DNA of 64,000 bases, taken from assembly GCA_022826705.1 (NCBI GenBank), contig JAJDUJ010000012.1, positions 18,486 through 82,485 on the forward strand, read 5' to 3'. The position numbers were made by a program, and so were the translations under genes. This stretch comes from Acidimicrobiia bacterium (GTDB lineage: Bacteria > Actinomycetota > Acidimicrobiia > Acidimicrobiales > Bin134). The notes below the pieces were generated by a model, which saw nothing but the letters and a program-made list of their open reading frames with translations, was not told the origin of the DNA and ran no database searches. This document shows positions 1 through 9,501 of this stretch, piece by piece (position 1 is the stretch's first letter; each line of letters begins with the position of its first letter).

Positions 1-248
1 CCGCCAATGCCGACGCGGGAGAGAAGTCCGACATGGGCGGGGCGATGGTGAAGTATCTGGCCGCCGAGATGTCGGAGAAGGTCACCTCAGAGGCGCTCCA
101 GATCCACGGCGGCGCGGGCTACACCACCGATTTCCCCATCGAGCGCTACTGGCGCGACGCCCGGCTCACCAAGATCTTCGAGGGAACCAGCGAGATCATG
201 CAGCGCATCATCTCCGACCACCTGCTGCCCCCCTCGCCGCTGCGCTAG
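1..248 (+). CDS. Acyl-CoA dehydrogenase, C-terminal part (truncated by window start)
   Basis: ALQIHGGAGYTTDFPIERYWRDARLTKIFEGTSEI is the ACAD C-terminal signature. Confidence 0.92.
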   Translation, partial: ANADAGEKSDMGGAMVKYLAAEMSEKVTSEALQIHGGAGYTTDFPIERYWRDARLTKIFEGTSEIMQRIISDHLLPPSPLR

Positions 249-257
249 AACAAGACG

Positions 258-782
258 ATGAGCGATCTGTTTGCCCTGACCGGCTCCAACAACTACTTCG
301 AGGACTTCGCGGTGGGCCAGCGGATGCGCCACGCCCGCTCGGCCACCATCGACGAGGTGGAGAACAACTACATCTCCAAGCAGGTGATGAACACCGCGCA
401 GACGCATTGGAACGAAGAGATATTGGCTGGCTCCCCCCTGGGCGACGGCCGACTCGTGTTCGGGCTCATCACCGGGTCGATGACGGTGGGGCTCGCCAGC
501 CAGGACACCGCCGAGAACGCCTTGGGCGAGCTCGGGCTCGACGCGGTGCGGTTCTCCAAACCGGTACACCACGGCGACACCATCACCGCCTACACCGAGG
601 TGTTGGATACCGCCGATGCCCCCGACCGCGACGACGCCGGTATCGTGCGGTTCAAGCACTGGGGGTGCAACCAGCACGGCGAGGTGGTGTGCGAGTTGGA
701 GCGCCTTGTGCTCATCAAGCGCCGCAGCCACTGGGGGGCGGCCATTCCCGAAACCGAAACCGAGACCAGGGAGGTCCAATGA
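258..782 (+). CDS. MaoC family (hot-dog fold) dehydratase
   Basis: NYFEDFAVGQ start, N-x-x-Q-x-H-W motif, VRFSKPVHHGDTI; ATGA overlap with next gene. Confidence 0.85.
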   Translation: MSDLFALTGSNNYFEDFAVGQRMRHARSATIDEVENNYISKQVMNTAQTHWNEEILAGSPLGDGRLVFGLITGSMTVGLASQDTAENALGELGLDAVRFSKPVHHGDTITAYTEVLDTADAPDRDDAGIVRFKHWGCNQHGEVVCELERLVLIKRRSHWGAAIPETETETREVQ

Positions 783-1723
783 GCAGTTATGAACGCCAGA
801 TGCCGGTGCGGGTGCGGCGCTCGGAGCTGTCCACTCCGGGGCACTCCGAGAAGATGATCGCCAAGGCGGCGCAGAGCGATGCGGACATGGTGTTCTTGGA
901 TCTCGAGGACGCGGTGGCCCCGTCGGCCAAGGTGGACGCCCGCCAGAACATCATCGCCGGGCTCAACGAGCTGGACTGGGGCGCCAAGATCCGCTCCTAC
1001 CGCATTAACGGCGTCGACACCGAGTGGTGCCACGACGACATCGCCGAGGTGGTCACCGGCGCCGGAGCCAACATCGACGTGATCATGGTGCCCAAGATCA
1101 AGGGCCCCCGCGAGGTGTGGTTTGTGGACGACATGTTGACCCAGCTCGAGCTCAAGCTGGGCCTCGAGGTGGGTCGGATCGGCATCGAGTGCCTGGTGGA
1201 GGAGGTGGAGGCGATTCAGACGGTGGACGAGATCGCCCGGTGCAGCCCTCGCCTGGAGGCTCTCACGCTGGGGGTGGGCGATTTGTCGGCCAGCCAGGGA
1301 ATGCGCCTGGGCCACATCGGGGTGACCGACAGCGACGCCGCCTTGCGCTATCCGGGCGATGTGTGGCACTACGCCCGCAACCGCATGGTCGTGGCCTGCC
1401 GGGCCGCGGGCATCGACGCCATCGACGGGCCGTACGCCAACTTCGCCAACCCGGATGGCTATGAGAAAAGCGCAGCCACGTTCTCGATGCTCGGCGGCGT
1501 GGGCAAGTGGTGCATCCACCCCAGCCAGATCGAGGTGGCCAACCGTGTGTTCGCCCCAACCCCCGAGGAGATCGCCGAGGCCCAAGGGGTGATCGACGCC
1601 GTCGCCCAAGCCGAGGCTCAGGGACTAGGCGCGGCCAACTACAAGGGCCTGATGATCGACGCCGCCACCACCCGCCTCTTCGAAGTCACCCTCAACCGAG
1701 CCCGCCAATGCGGCCTCATCTGA
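779..1723 (+). CDS. CoA ester lyase, HpcH/HpaI-CitE family (malyl-CoA/citryl-CoA lyase-like)
   Basis: RRSELSTPG, FLDLEDAVAP, YRING, GKWCIHPSQI; ATG at 779 coupled to the MaoC stop. Confidence 0.9.
   Translation: MSSYERQMPVRVRRSELSTPGHSEKMIAKAAQSDADMVFLDLEDAVAPSAKVDARQNIIAGLNELDWGAKIRSYRINGVDTEWCHDDIAEVVTGAGANIDVIMVPKIKGPREVWFVDDMLTQLELKLGLEVGRIGIECLVEEVEAIQTVDEIARCSPRLEALTLGVGDLSASQGMRLGHIGVTDSDAALRYPGDVWHYARNRMVVACRAAGIDAIDGPYANFANPDGYEKSAATFSMLGGVGKWCIHPSQIEVANRVFAPTPEEIAEAQGVIDAVAQAEAQGLGAANYKGLMIDAATTRLFEVTLNRARQCGLI
1599..1722 (+). repeat. Direct repeat copy 1: 3' end of the lyase gene
   Basis: Matches 5002-5122; 1663-1722 is identical to 5063-5122 (60 bp). Confidence 0.95.
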
Positions 1724-1972
1724 CTCGTTCAAGGGGGTGCTCGACCACTAGCCGCGAAACCGCTCCTGCTTCCTGCCGGAAAGGCCACACCGCCGACACA
1801 GACCAAACCACAACCGACCCTGCTAACCCCCACCACGCGGGTAATCAGGTATGAATTCCCCTTGCTTCACCAACGCTTCATCGCGGGGGCTGGTGGGGTT
1901 TGGGTTTGACTTGTCCCCTCCGCGAATATTGGTCTCAGGGGATGTTGTTTCGTCACTCTTGGCCTGTTGGGT

Positions 1973-2206
1973 ATGCTTCTTTCTGTGGAGCTCACCACGA
2001 TGATTGAGACGAGGGCTGGTGTCCGCTGCGGCAAGCCCTGCTTCATTGGCACGCGGATAGCGGTCTACGATGTGCTGGACTATCTGGCAGCGGGGATGAC
2101 GCCGTTGGAGATAGCTGGTGATTTCCCCGAGTTGAGCGAGCAGCATGTCCTAGCTGCTGTTGAGTTTGCTGCGCTGCGCGAGCGGCGTCTGGCGACTCCT
2201 GCGTGA
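1973..2206 (+). CDS. DUF433 family antitoxin (VapB45-like); start uncertain
   Basis: GKPCFIGTRIAVYDVLDYLAAGMTPLEIAGDFPEL motif; GTGA overlap with PIN gene. Confidence 0.9.
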   Translation: MLLSVELTTMIETRAGVRCGKPCFIGTRIAVYDVLDYLAAGMTPLEIAGDFPELSEQHVLAAVEFAALRERRLATPA

Positions 2207-2544
2207 GGCTGCTGCTCGACCAGAACCTGTCGCGTCGCCTTGTGGGAATGCTGGTGGCCGAGTATCCCGGTAGCTGCCACGTTGTCGAAGTCGGGCTCGA
2301 TACCGCAACGGACCGCACCATCTGGGAGCACGCGCGTGATCATGGCTTTGCCATCGTTTCGAAGGACTCTGATTTCCGCCAGCTCGCATTCCTGTTGGGT
2401 CCGCCCCCCAAGGTCATCTGGTTGAGGATCGGCAACGCCACAACGCTCAAGATATTCAGTGTTCTCCAGCAGCATCGGGACATAATCGCTGAATTCGGTG
2501 CGAGCGAACAGGAAGCCCTACTGGTTCTGCCATCTGAGCTCTAG
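2203..2544 (+). CDS. DUF5615 PIN-like toxin (VapC45-like)
   Basis: MRLLLDQNLS, DRTIWEHA, IVSKDSDF, PPKVIWLRIGN. Confidence 0.9.
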   Translation: MRLLLDQNLSRRLVGMLVAEYPGSCHVVEVGLDTATDRTIWEHARDHGFAIVSKDSDFRQLAFLLGPPPKVIWLRIGNATTLKIFSVLQQHRDIIAEFGASEQEALLVLPSEL

Positions 2545-2606
2545 GGTCGGGGAGAGCTGATGGGCTGCTGCCGGCCCAGGGTTGGGTGTGGGAGGATTGG
2601 GCGGAG

Positions 2607-3422
2607 ATGAGACTCGGCGCAGCGCTTCCGGTTTTTGGCCGCTCCGGTGGCCCGCTGGAGCCCGACAGCCTTGCCGATGCGGCGGGGGCCATGGAGCGGC
2701 TGGGCTATTCGTCGGTGTGGGCTTTTGACGCTGTCGGGCGGGGCTTCATGCTGCCCGATCCGCTGATGGCGCTCACCGTGTCGGCTGGGGCCACTCGAGC
2801 AGTCGAGTTGGGAACCGGGATTATGCAGCTCCCGATTCGCAATGTCGCCGAGATGGCTCACCGGCTGTTCACCCTCGAGCTGGTGGCCCCAGGCCGTGTG
2901 CGGTTCGGAGTCGGACCGGGTTCGACCCGGGCGGATTTCGAGGTGCTCGGCCGCGAGTTCGACACCCGTTTCGCCCAGTTCGAGCAGCAGTGGCAGGAAC
3001 TGCGGATGTTCGTGCGGGAAGGTCGGGCACAAGGGCGCGACCTCTGTGCTTGGCCTCAAGTGATCAATCGGCCAGAGCTGCTGTTGGCCGGCTGGCGAGG
3101 GCCGTGGATCGAGCGGGCCGCAGCGGAGGCGACAGGCTGGATCGCCTCCGCCGCCTATGCCGACGACGAGGAGCTCGCCGATGGCTTGGCCCGCTTCCGA
3201 AAGGCTGGCGGGCGACGCGCTATCATCACAAACGTACGGATCAGCGCCGATGTTGGACCGACCGTCGAGCGGCTCCACCGGCTGGCCGCCATGGGATTCG
3301 ACGATGCAGTGGTCTTCGACAAGACAGCCAGCGAGGGCCGCTTGGCGGCAGTGCAGGACGCGATGCGACCACCGGCCAGGCCATCGTCATCGACGGCGGC
3401 CTCATTTCCGCATGCAATTTGA
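2607..3422 (+). CDS. LLM-class flavin-dependent oxidoreductase
   Basis: ERLGYSSVWAFD, PDPLMALT..AGATRAVELGTGI, GRVRFGVGPG. Confidence 0.85.
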   Translation: MRLGAALPVFGRSGGPLEPDSLADAAGAMERLGYSSVWAFDAVGRGFMLPDPLMALTVSAGATRAVELGTGIMQLPIRNVAEMAHRLFTLELVAPGRVRFGVGPGSTRADFEVLGREFDTRFAQFEQQWQELRMFVREGRAQGRDLCAWPQVINRPELLLAGWRGPWIERAAAEATGWIASAAYADDEELADGLARFRKAGGRRAIITNVRISADVGPTVERLHRLAAMGFDDAVVFDKTASEGRLAAVQDAMRPPARPSSSTAASFPHAI

Positions 3423-3649
3423 CCGGAGTGCCACCGGCCTGACCGGCCCCGGGTCTGTCGGGCCTGCGATCTTGGGAATGAAGCCCTAGCCAATCAACCG
3501 GCTTCGATTCCCGCACAGGGGGCCAGAGAAATAGCCCGGTCGGGCTTTCCCGCGATCAGAGCGCTGCCGGACCGGCTGGGGCGAGCACAGCTAGACGGAT
3601 ATGTCGAGCGCCTTGTGGAGCATGATATCGACACTGTGCGGGTGTGACT

Positions 3650-3934
3650 TCAGCGGTAGAACTGGATATGGAACACCGCGTCTTGTGCTGGCTCGATGTG
3701 GTGGTGGATGTCGGGGGGTATGGCGGTGCGCTGTCCTGCTGTTACGTTTACGTTGCGCGACGCCTCTTCGGTGAACTGCACCGAGCCTTCCTCCACTACC
3801 AACTCGGCCCACACCGAGGTGAGGTGGGAACGACCGAGCGCGGGCGGCATGGATTCTGCTGTGAAACTAGGGGTGCGCCGGGCCGGAACCGCTGCTGGCG
3901 GCACTTCGAATCGCTCCGTCGTCACGACAGACAT
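3650..3934 (-). CDS. DUF1971 / YeaR-TehB N-terminal-like cupin protein
   Basis: RRTPSFTAESMPPAL..SH..VWAELVVEEG..IPPDIHHHIEP..FHIQFYR; GGAGG RBS before ATG 3934. Confidence 0.75.
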   Translation of the reverse strand: MSVVTTERFEVPPAAVPARRTPSFTAESMPPALGRSHLTSVWAELVVEEGSVQFTEEASRNVNVTAGQRTAIPPDIHHHIEPAQDAVFHIQFYR

Positions 3935-4082
3935 CGCCTCCCGTGTAGGGACAAAGCAACAGGATAGATCAGTGGGAAGTTCCATACCGGAGCACGCTGC
4001 CCGCCCTCTTGGCAGGCGGCGGTTCGCGGTGTGTGGTTTCCGGGGTCGTCTAGGGTGGGGGCGAGTCAAGGGGTAGGGGGCT

Positions 4083-4991
4083 TTGGGCAGGCGCAGGTGG
4101 ACGGCGGTCGATATGCCTGGGCAGGGGGGCAAGGTGGCGGTTGTGACCGGCGCGAGCTCGGGTCTGGGCTTCGAGACGGCGTTGCAGCTTGCCCGGCGGG
4201 GTGCGCTGGTGGTGGTGGCCTGTCGCGACCTTCGGCGCGGCGCCGCCGCCGCCGAGGCCATCGGCGCTGAGAGCGGTCGTGGCGATGTGGAGGTCGCCGG
4301 GCTGGACCTGGGCGACTTGGACTCGGTGCGCCAATTCTCGGAATGGTGCTGTGGCCGCTTTGAGCGGCTAGACCTGCTCGTTAACAACGCGGGCGTCATG
4401 GTGCCCCCGGCGTCGAGCACTGCGGATGGCTTCGAGCTTCAGTTCGGCACCAACCACCTCGGGCACTTCGCGCTCACAGCCCGGCTGATGGGCCTGCTGC
4501 GAGCCACTGCCGACAGCCGGGTGGTCACCGTGTCCAGCCACGCCCACCGCATGGGCGAGGTCTGCTTCGACGACCTCCACTGGGAATCGCGCCCCTACCG
4601 GGCTGCGGCGGCCTACGCCCAGAGCAAGCTGGCGAACCTGTTGTTCTGCTTCGAGCTGCAACGGCGCATCGATGACGCCGGCATCGAGATGCTGTCGGTG
4701 GCATCGCATCCCGGCTTCACCCGCACCGGCATCCTGCGCCACAGCCGAGTCCTCAAGATCTGGAACCCGCTGTTCGCCATGCCAGTCTCGCAGGGAGCGC
4801 TGACCACCCTGTTCGCGGCCACTTCCCCCGACGCCGAGCCCGGCGGCTACTACGGCCCCAACCGCTGGGGACAACTGCGCGGCCACCCGACCCGAGTGAA
4901 GCCCTCGGCAGCCGCGAAGAACCGGGAAACGGCCACACGGCTCTGGCAGGTGTCCGAAGAACTCGTCGGCCTGCAATGCCTCCCCCAATGA
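4083..4991 (+). CDS. SDR oxidoreductase (retinol dehydrogenase/WWOX-like classical SDR)
   Basis: TGASSGLG, NNAG, FGTNHLGHF, YAQSK. Confidence 0.93.
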   Translation: MGRRRWTAVDMPGQGGKVAVVTGASSGLGFETALQLARRGALVVVACRDLRRGAAAAEAIGAESGRGDVEVAGLDLGDLDSVRQFSEWCCGRFERLDLLVNNAGVMVPPASSTADGFELQFGTNHLGHFALTARLMGLLRATADSRVVTVSSHAHRMGEVCFDDLHWESRPYRAAAAYAQSKLANLLFCFELQRRIDDAGIEMLSVASHPGFTRTGILRHSRVLKIWNPLFAMPVSQGALTTLFAATSPDAEPGGYYGPNRWGQLRGHPTRVKPSAAAKNRETATRLWQVSEELVGLQCLPQ

Positions 4992-5001
4992 CAAGCCCGC
5001 C

Positions 5002-5122
5002 CCGTCGTCCAAGCCGAGGCCCAGGGCTGGGGCGCGGCCAACTACAAGGGCATGATGATCGTCGCCACCACCCGCCTCTTCGAAGTCACCCTCAACCGAG
5101 CCCGCCAATGCGGCCTCATCTG
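5002..5122 (+). repeat. Direct repeat copy 2: orphan duplicate of the lyase 3' end
   Basis: Encodes ..ANYKGMMIVATTRLFEVTLNRARQCGLI; one codon shorter than copy 1 and the stop is lost (TGA to TGT). Confidence 0.95.
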
Positions 5123-5144
5123 TTTTATTCGACTAGGCGCTCCG

Positions 5145-5774
5145 TCAGTAGAGCTTTTCTCGGTTGGCCTTTTGTTCGTCGCGGTCGATGGCCTCGGCGT
5201 CGGCTCCGGCGATCTGCTCGGCCAGCACTTGGCCATAGGTGGGATAGCTGGAGCGGTCGATCTGGACCTCGGGGTCCCATAGCCGGGAGCGGAGCAGCGC
5301 TCGTCCGCAGTGCAAGAACGCGTCCTTGACGGTTATTTTGAGCCCTGATTTCGGCGCTCGGCTGCTTACCGAGAGCGGGGCCAAGTCCTGCTCGTCGGTG
5401 ACGATCTCCGCTGAGCCGCATACCCGCAGCGTCTCGTTCATGCCGGGTACGAGGAACAGCAGCCCCACAACAGGGTGGTTCAAGATGTTCTGCATGGTGT
5501 CTACTTGGTTGTTGCCGGGCCGGTCGGGCAACAACAGGGTGTGCCTGTCGACGACCTTCACGAACCCGGGCGGGTCGCCCCGGGGCGAGGCGTCGGCTCG
5601 GCCGTCTGCGCCGGTGGAGCTGATGACACAAAACGGCGACATCTCGATGAACCTGCGGCAGTGGGCGTCCAAATGGTCGAGCACCTTCTGCGAGGCCCGC
5701 GGCAGCGGCTCTGAGTAGACATCCCGCAGTTGCGAATAATCCGACACTCCTGGTTGGGATTCGATGGCAGTCAT
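5145..5774 (-). CDS. Pyridoxamine 5'-phosphate oxidase family FMN-binding protein (MSMEG_1061-like)
   Basis: ADASPRGDPPGFV, LPDRPGNNQVDT, VGLLFLVPG, FLHCGRALLRSRLW. Confidence 0.88.
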   Translation of the reverse strand: MTAIESQPGVSDYSQLRDVYSEPLPRASQKVLDHLDAHCRRFIEMSPFCVISSTGADGRADASPRGDPPGFVKVVDRHTLLLPDRPGNNQVDTMQNILNHPVVGLLFLVPGMNETLRVCGSAEIVTDEQDLAPLSVSSRAPKSGLKITVKDAFLHCGRALLRSRLWDPEVQIDRSSYPTYGQVLAEQIAGADAEAIDRDEQKANREKLY

Positions 5775-5814
5775 AAAGCTGAGTCCCCTGCTGGATATAC
5801 CGCCCAATATACAC

Positions 5815-6549
5815 CGCTGCCGATTGGGGCGGGTCTCAAGGGAAGTCGCTTACCGTGACGTGGACGACGCCGAGGCCATCAAGCTCAGCAATCAGTGCAA
5901 CGACTACCGGCGGCACCTCACCGACCATCAGCGGGTGATGCGCCTACAACGGGCCAGGCCCAAGGAAACCTCCAAGGGCATGGCCCAGATGCTGGGGATC
6001 AGCGAGAAGGCCGTTCACAAGGTGCTGATCGAAGAAGGGATTTGGACCCCCCGCTGCCAAGGACGAGCCGCCGAGAACCGAGTTCGGGCGAAAGCAGGGC
6101 AACAAGTGGATGGCCTCGATCAGCGGCGAGGTGGCCGACCCCTTCGAGCCTGTCGCCAAATCGCTCGGCATCTTGAAGCTGCACGAAGCCGCGGCCCACG
6201 TTCTCGCCCAAGCCGCTGACGCGCTGGCCGGCGGCAAAAAAGAGGTGACTATCAAGCTCACTCAATAGCCGACGTGATTGCCCAGACGATGGCAGCACTG
6301 TGGGCCGACCCCGACACCACTGTGGACGGCATCCACGGGTGGCTCACCGCCGCCGCCGAGCAGGTGGCCGACCGCTGGGCGGACTTGTCCGGCAGTGTCG
6401 CCGCCATGCCGACCGCCGCCGAGATGCGCGACGCCGACGAACAGGCTCAAGCCGCCTGGATCGCTGCCGGATCGACCGCGGCGGGGCTGCAAGCCGCCGG
6501 AATCTCCCTCACCGCCATAGCCGCCGACATTGAGCACCGCCGCCGATGA
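5815..6549 (+). pseudogene. Fragmented ParB-like/HTH protein remnant of a mobile element
   Basis: DAEAIKLSNQCNDYRRHLTDHQR resembles the N-x-x-RRHL motif of phage/ICE ParB-type proteins; HTH-like MAQMLGISEKAVHKVL; continuation needs frame changes near 6120 and 6265. Confidence 0.45.
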
Positions 6550-6963
6550 CCGGCCCGGTGGCCGCGGTAGTGGCCCTGGCGCTCAGCCTCGGGGCGTGCC
6601 TGCCCGAGCACGACCCCGCCGCCCTCCCGGCCCGCCGGCCTGGGGGAACGCCGACGCTGTAAGAGAACGCCAGTTATGTAAACCAAAATCCCAAAACCAC
6701 CCCCCACCAGCACAAACACCCCCCGGAACCCAACCCCAACCCCCCCCAACCCCCCATACACCCCACCGCATAACCCCAAACCAGCCAGAAGCGCTCGATC
6801 CCGGCCCGCTCGATCCCCCGAGCTGTGGGCGGTGCGGGCCAGCTCGATCCCGGCGGCGCTGGCGGCCGATGCTGGGCTCTCAGCTCCCCCGAGGCCCGCT
6901 GTGGCTGGCGACAACGCCCACGATTAAACTGGTGGTCGGCGATGTTCTAGAGAATCATTGCCG

Positions 6964-7011
6964 ACCGGCGGGAGTCCGATGATGATGCCATATTGACGGA
7001 TTCCCGCCGGT
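6964..7011. repeat. Inverted repeat (15-bp arms, one G-T pair) abutting the IS left end
   Basis: accggcgggagtccg ... cggattcccgccggt. Confidence 0.75.
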
Positions 7012-7096
7012 GCCGTGATTCACCCTGGGTTTTGCGCAGGCTCTAGAGATTGGAGCAAGCATGGGGTCCATGGATGCAGAGTTTCGTCCGGCGGCG

Positions 7097-7408
7097 ATGT
7101 CGAGGCGGTATTCGCCTGAGCAGGAGGAGCAAGCGGTGCGGTTGGTGCTGGCGCTGCGAGAGGAGTTGGGCGCCACGGCGGGGGCGGTGGCGCGTGTGGC
7201 TCGTCAGCTGGGCTATGGGGTGGAGTCGGTGCGCAAGTGGGTGGCCCAGGCCGAGATCGACGCCGGTGCCCGTGCGGGGGTGGCCTCGGCGGAGAGCCGG
7301 GAACTCAAGCGGTTGCGCCGGGAGAACCGCGAGCTGCGGCGGGCGAACGACATCCTGCAGCGGGCGGCGACTTTTTTCGGGGCGGAGCTCGACCGCCGAC
7401 AGCGATGA
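7097..7408 (+). CDS. IS3 transposase OrfA (HTH)
   Basis: RRYSPE, VARQLGYGVESVRKWV, LRRENRELRRANDIL..AATFFGAELDR; T-rich slippery motif near the end. Confidence 0.92.
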   Translation: MSRRYSPEQEEQAVRLVLALREELGATAGAVARVARQLGYGVESVRKWVAQAEIDAGARAGVASAESRELKRLRRENRELRRANDILQRAATFFGAELDRRQR

Positions 7409-8334
7409 CCGTGGAGTTCATTGACCAGAACCGCGAGGAGTTCGGAGTCGAGCCCGTCTGCTGTGCGTTGCAGGTGGCTCCGTCCACGTATTGGACCTCC
7501 AAGCGCCGGCCGCTGTCGGCGCGGGCTGTGAGCGGCGCTGCGCTGGTGCCGGTGCTGTTGGCGCTGTGGCAGGCCGACTACTCGGTGTATGGGGCGCGCA
7601 AGCTGTGGATAGCCGCCCGGCGAGCCGGCTGCGACGTCGGCCGCGGCCAGGTCGCCCGGCTCATGGGACAGCTCGGGATCCGGGGCGTCAAGCGGGCGAA
7701 GAAGGTGCGAACCACCCGGGCGGACCCCAAAGCCGGCCGGCCCGCCGATCTCGTCGAGCGGGACTTCACCGCCGAGCGGCCCAACCAGCTGTGGGCCGCG
7801 GACCTGACCCATGTCGCCACCTGGTCGGGGGCCGCCTATGCGTGTTTCATCACCGACGCGTTCAGCCGCCGCATCGTGGGCTGGCGGGTCGCGTCGAACA
7901 TGCGCACCCAGATGGTCCTCGACGCCTTGGAGATGGCACGCTGGACCCGCGGCGCCCGCCTCGAAGGGCTCATCGCCCACGCCGACGCCGGCAGCCAGTT
8001 CACCAGCATCCGCTACAGCGAGCGCCTCGACGAGATCGGCGCTACCCCGTCGATCGGATCGGTCGGCGACTCCCACGACAACGCGCCCGCCGAAGCCGTG
8101 AACCCCCTGTCCAAGACCGAGCTGATCAGAGGCCCCGGCCAAGGACCATGGCGCACCATCGACGACGTGGAACTGGCCACCCTCGGCTGGGTGCACTGGT
8201 ACAACACCGACCGCATCCACGGCTACCTCAACGACCAATCACCCGACCAGTTCGAAACGGCCTACACTGCCGCCAAGACCGGCCAAACAAGAACAGAAAA
8301 CCAAAACATTCAGCCTGCGCAAAACCCAGGGTGA
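7405..8334 (+). CDS. IS3 transposase OrfB (DDE integrase core)
   Basis: PNQLWAADLT, HADAGSQF, DNAPAE, WVHWYN; -1 frame relative to OrfA. Confidence 0.93.
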   Translation: MTVEFIDQNREEFGVEPVCCALQVAPSTYWTSKRRPLSARAVSGAALVPVLLALWQADYSVYGARKLWIAARRAGCDVGRGQVARLMGQLGIRGVKRAKKVRTTRADPKAGRPADLVERDFTAERPNQLWAADLTHVATWSGAAYACFITDAFSRRIVGWRVASNMRTQMVLDALEMARWTRGARLEGLIAHADAGSQFTSIRYSERLDEIGATPSIGSVGDSHDNAPAEAVNPLSKTELIRGPGQGPWRTIDDVELATLGWVHWYNTDRIHGYLNDQSPDQFETAYTAAKTGQTRTENQNIQPAQNPG

Positions 8335-8381
8335 ATCACCGCGTGTGAGTTTGTGCGGCTCGGTTGTGGAATAGTACGGGT

Positions 8382-8630
8382 ATGGCATCATCTAAAAGCA
8401 GTGGAGAAAGCTGCCCTCTCGGGCCTCCGTGGCTCGTTATCATCGTTCAAGCTGTTGCTGCCCTTGCATTGGTGCAGGGAGCCATTTGGCTGTTCTCTGT
8501 GTCTGAGCGGTTGGATTGGATTGTTTGGGTGGGCGTGGGGCTGCCGTCGGCTGCGGTGATTCACCGCTTCAACAAAGCTCGCTATGGGGCTGCCACCCGT
8601 TCGGCCGTATGGACACAGCGCTCGCGATGA
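8382..8630 (+). CDS. Small two-TM membrane protein, unknown function
   Basis: Hydrophobic stretches WLVIIVQAVAALALVQGAIWLF and WIVWVGVGLPSAAVI, basic tail. Confidence 0.55.
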   Translation: MASSKSSGESCPLGPPWLVIIVQAVAALALVQGAIWLFSVSERLDWIVWVGVGLPSAAVIHRFNKARYGAATRSAVWTQRSR

Positions 8631-9079
8631 GAGTTCCCCAGCCCAAGCCCTACCAGAGCCTTTTGGGCATAACGGCAGCGGCGTCCGCGCCCGGATGCCC
8701 GCCCCCTGGCAGGTTGCCGATGCCCACAAGTGGGCCGACCGAATACGCCGCGACATGGGATGGCCCACCACCACAGCCGCCCCCGAACCCCCCACCACAC
8801 CCCGGCGACGATACAGCCCCGGACACCCCGCGAATCAGTCGGCTCACCACCGCGATCTTGGCCTTTCTCGTTCACGCCGTGGGCGGTGGCCTGGTATATC
8901 TCCTCGTCTTCATAGTGTTCGGCCCGTGGGTTGCGGGCGTGTTGAACACCGACCCCACCACCACGATGCTGGTGAGCGCGGCCGCCTTCGCCTTGATAGG
9001 CGTCTTGATGATCGTGTCTCCATCAATCACTAGACGTGTCAGGGCGCGCTCTGCGCCAGTGCTGCGCGATCAAGCCTGA
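8627..9079 (+). CDS. Small two-TM membrane protein with Pro-rich N-terminus; start uncertain
   Basis: AILAFLVHAVGGGLVYLLVFIVFGPWV and MLVSAAAFALIGVLMIV, basic tail; ATGA overlap. Confidence 0.6.
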   Translation: MRVPQPKPYQSLLGITAAASAPGCPPPGRLPMPTSGPTEYAATWDGPPPQPPPNPPPHPGDDTAPDTPRISRLTTAILAFLVHAVGGGLVYLLVFIVFGPWVAGVLNTDPTTTMLVSAAAFALIGVLMIVSPSITRRVRARSAPVLRDQA

Positions 9080-9111
9080 TTCTTTCCAGCGGCCGCCCGC
9101 GCCTTGGTGGG

Positions 9112-9414
9112 TTAAACCGTGGGGTGCGACGAGTCAGGGTGCGCCGCCGCCGTTCCCATGTGGGATCGGGGGAAACGCTTCTCTAGAGCGTTTGTAAGCA
9201 GGATCGCCACAACCGCCATACCTACTGCTATCAGCGGAACCGCAGGAAAAAGCGGCAGATCGAGCAGATCCAGCAGATAGGGCGAATAGACCACCCCCCC
9301 ACAACCAAGGGCAGGCATTACCAACATCACCGTTTTCCCCCACCTGACACGTTGGCGGCGTGGCCGCTGGGGGTTGCTGGCCTTGGCGGTCTCCGAAGCA
9401 TGAGCAGAAGTCAT
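9112..9414 (-). CDS. Small two-TM membrane protein, unknown function
   Basis: VMLVMPALGCGGVVY and LFPAVPLIAVGMAVVAILL flanked by basic residues. Confidence 0.55.
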   Translation of the reverse strand: MTSAHASETAKASNPQRPRRQRVRWGKTVMLVMPALGCGGVVYSPYLLDLLDLPLFPAVPLIAVGMAVVAILLTNALEKRFPRSHMGTAAAHPDSSHPTV

Positions 9415-9454
9415 GCCACCAAGGTAGCCGCTCGCTGGGGAGCGCTCAACATTG

Positions 9455-9501
9455 GCGTGGCGGCGGCCACTTGACTTCTACTCATGTGGCCGCCGCCACG
9501 C
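9455..9501. repeat. Perfect 16-bp inverted repeat
   Basis: gcgtggcggcggccac (9455-9470) / gtggccgccgccacgc (9486-9501); outer gggagcg/cgctccc can extend it. Confidence 0.85.

Larger units (their letters stand above)
7016..8338 (+). mobile_element. IS3 family insertion sequence, 1323 bp
   Basis: Perfect 27-bp terminal IRs TGATTCACCCTGGGTTTTGCGCAGGCT (TG...CA ends); 3-bp target duplication CCG at 7013-7015 and 8339-8341. Confidence 0.97.

Noticed and set aside
407-778. N-terminal extensions in the ORF track (lyase from 407, TIGR03936 from 34511, mcrB from 54465, VOC from 58485, DUF1971 from 4420)
   Set aside because: They overlap neighbouring genes and are low-complexity; downstream starts with coupling or RBS fit better
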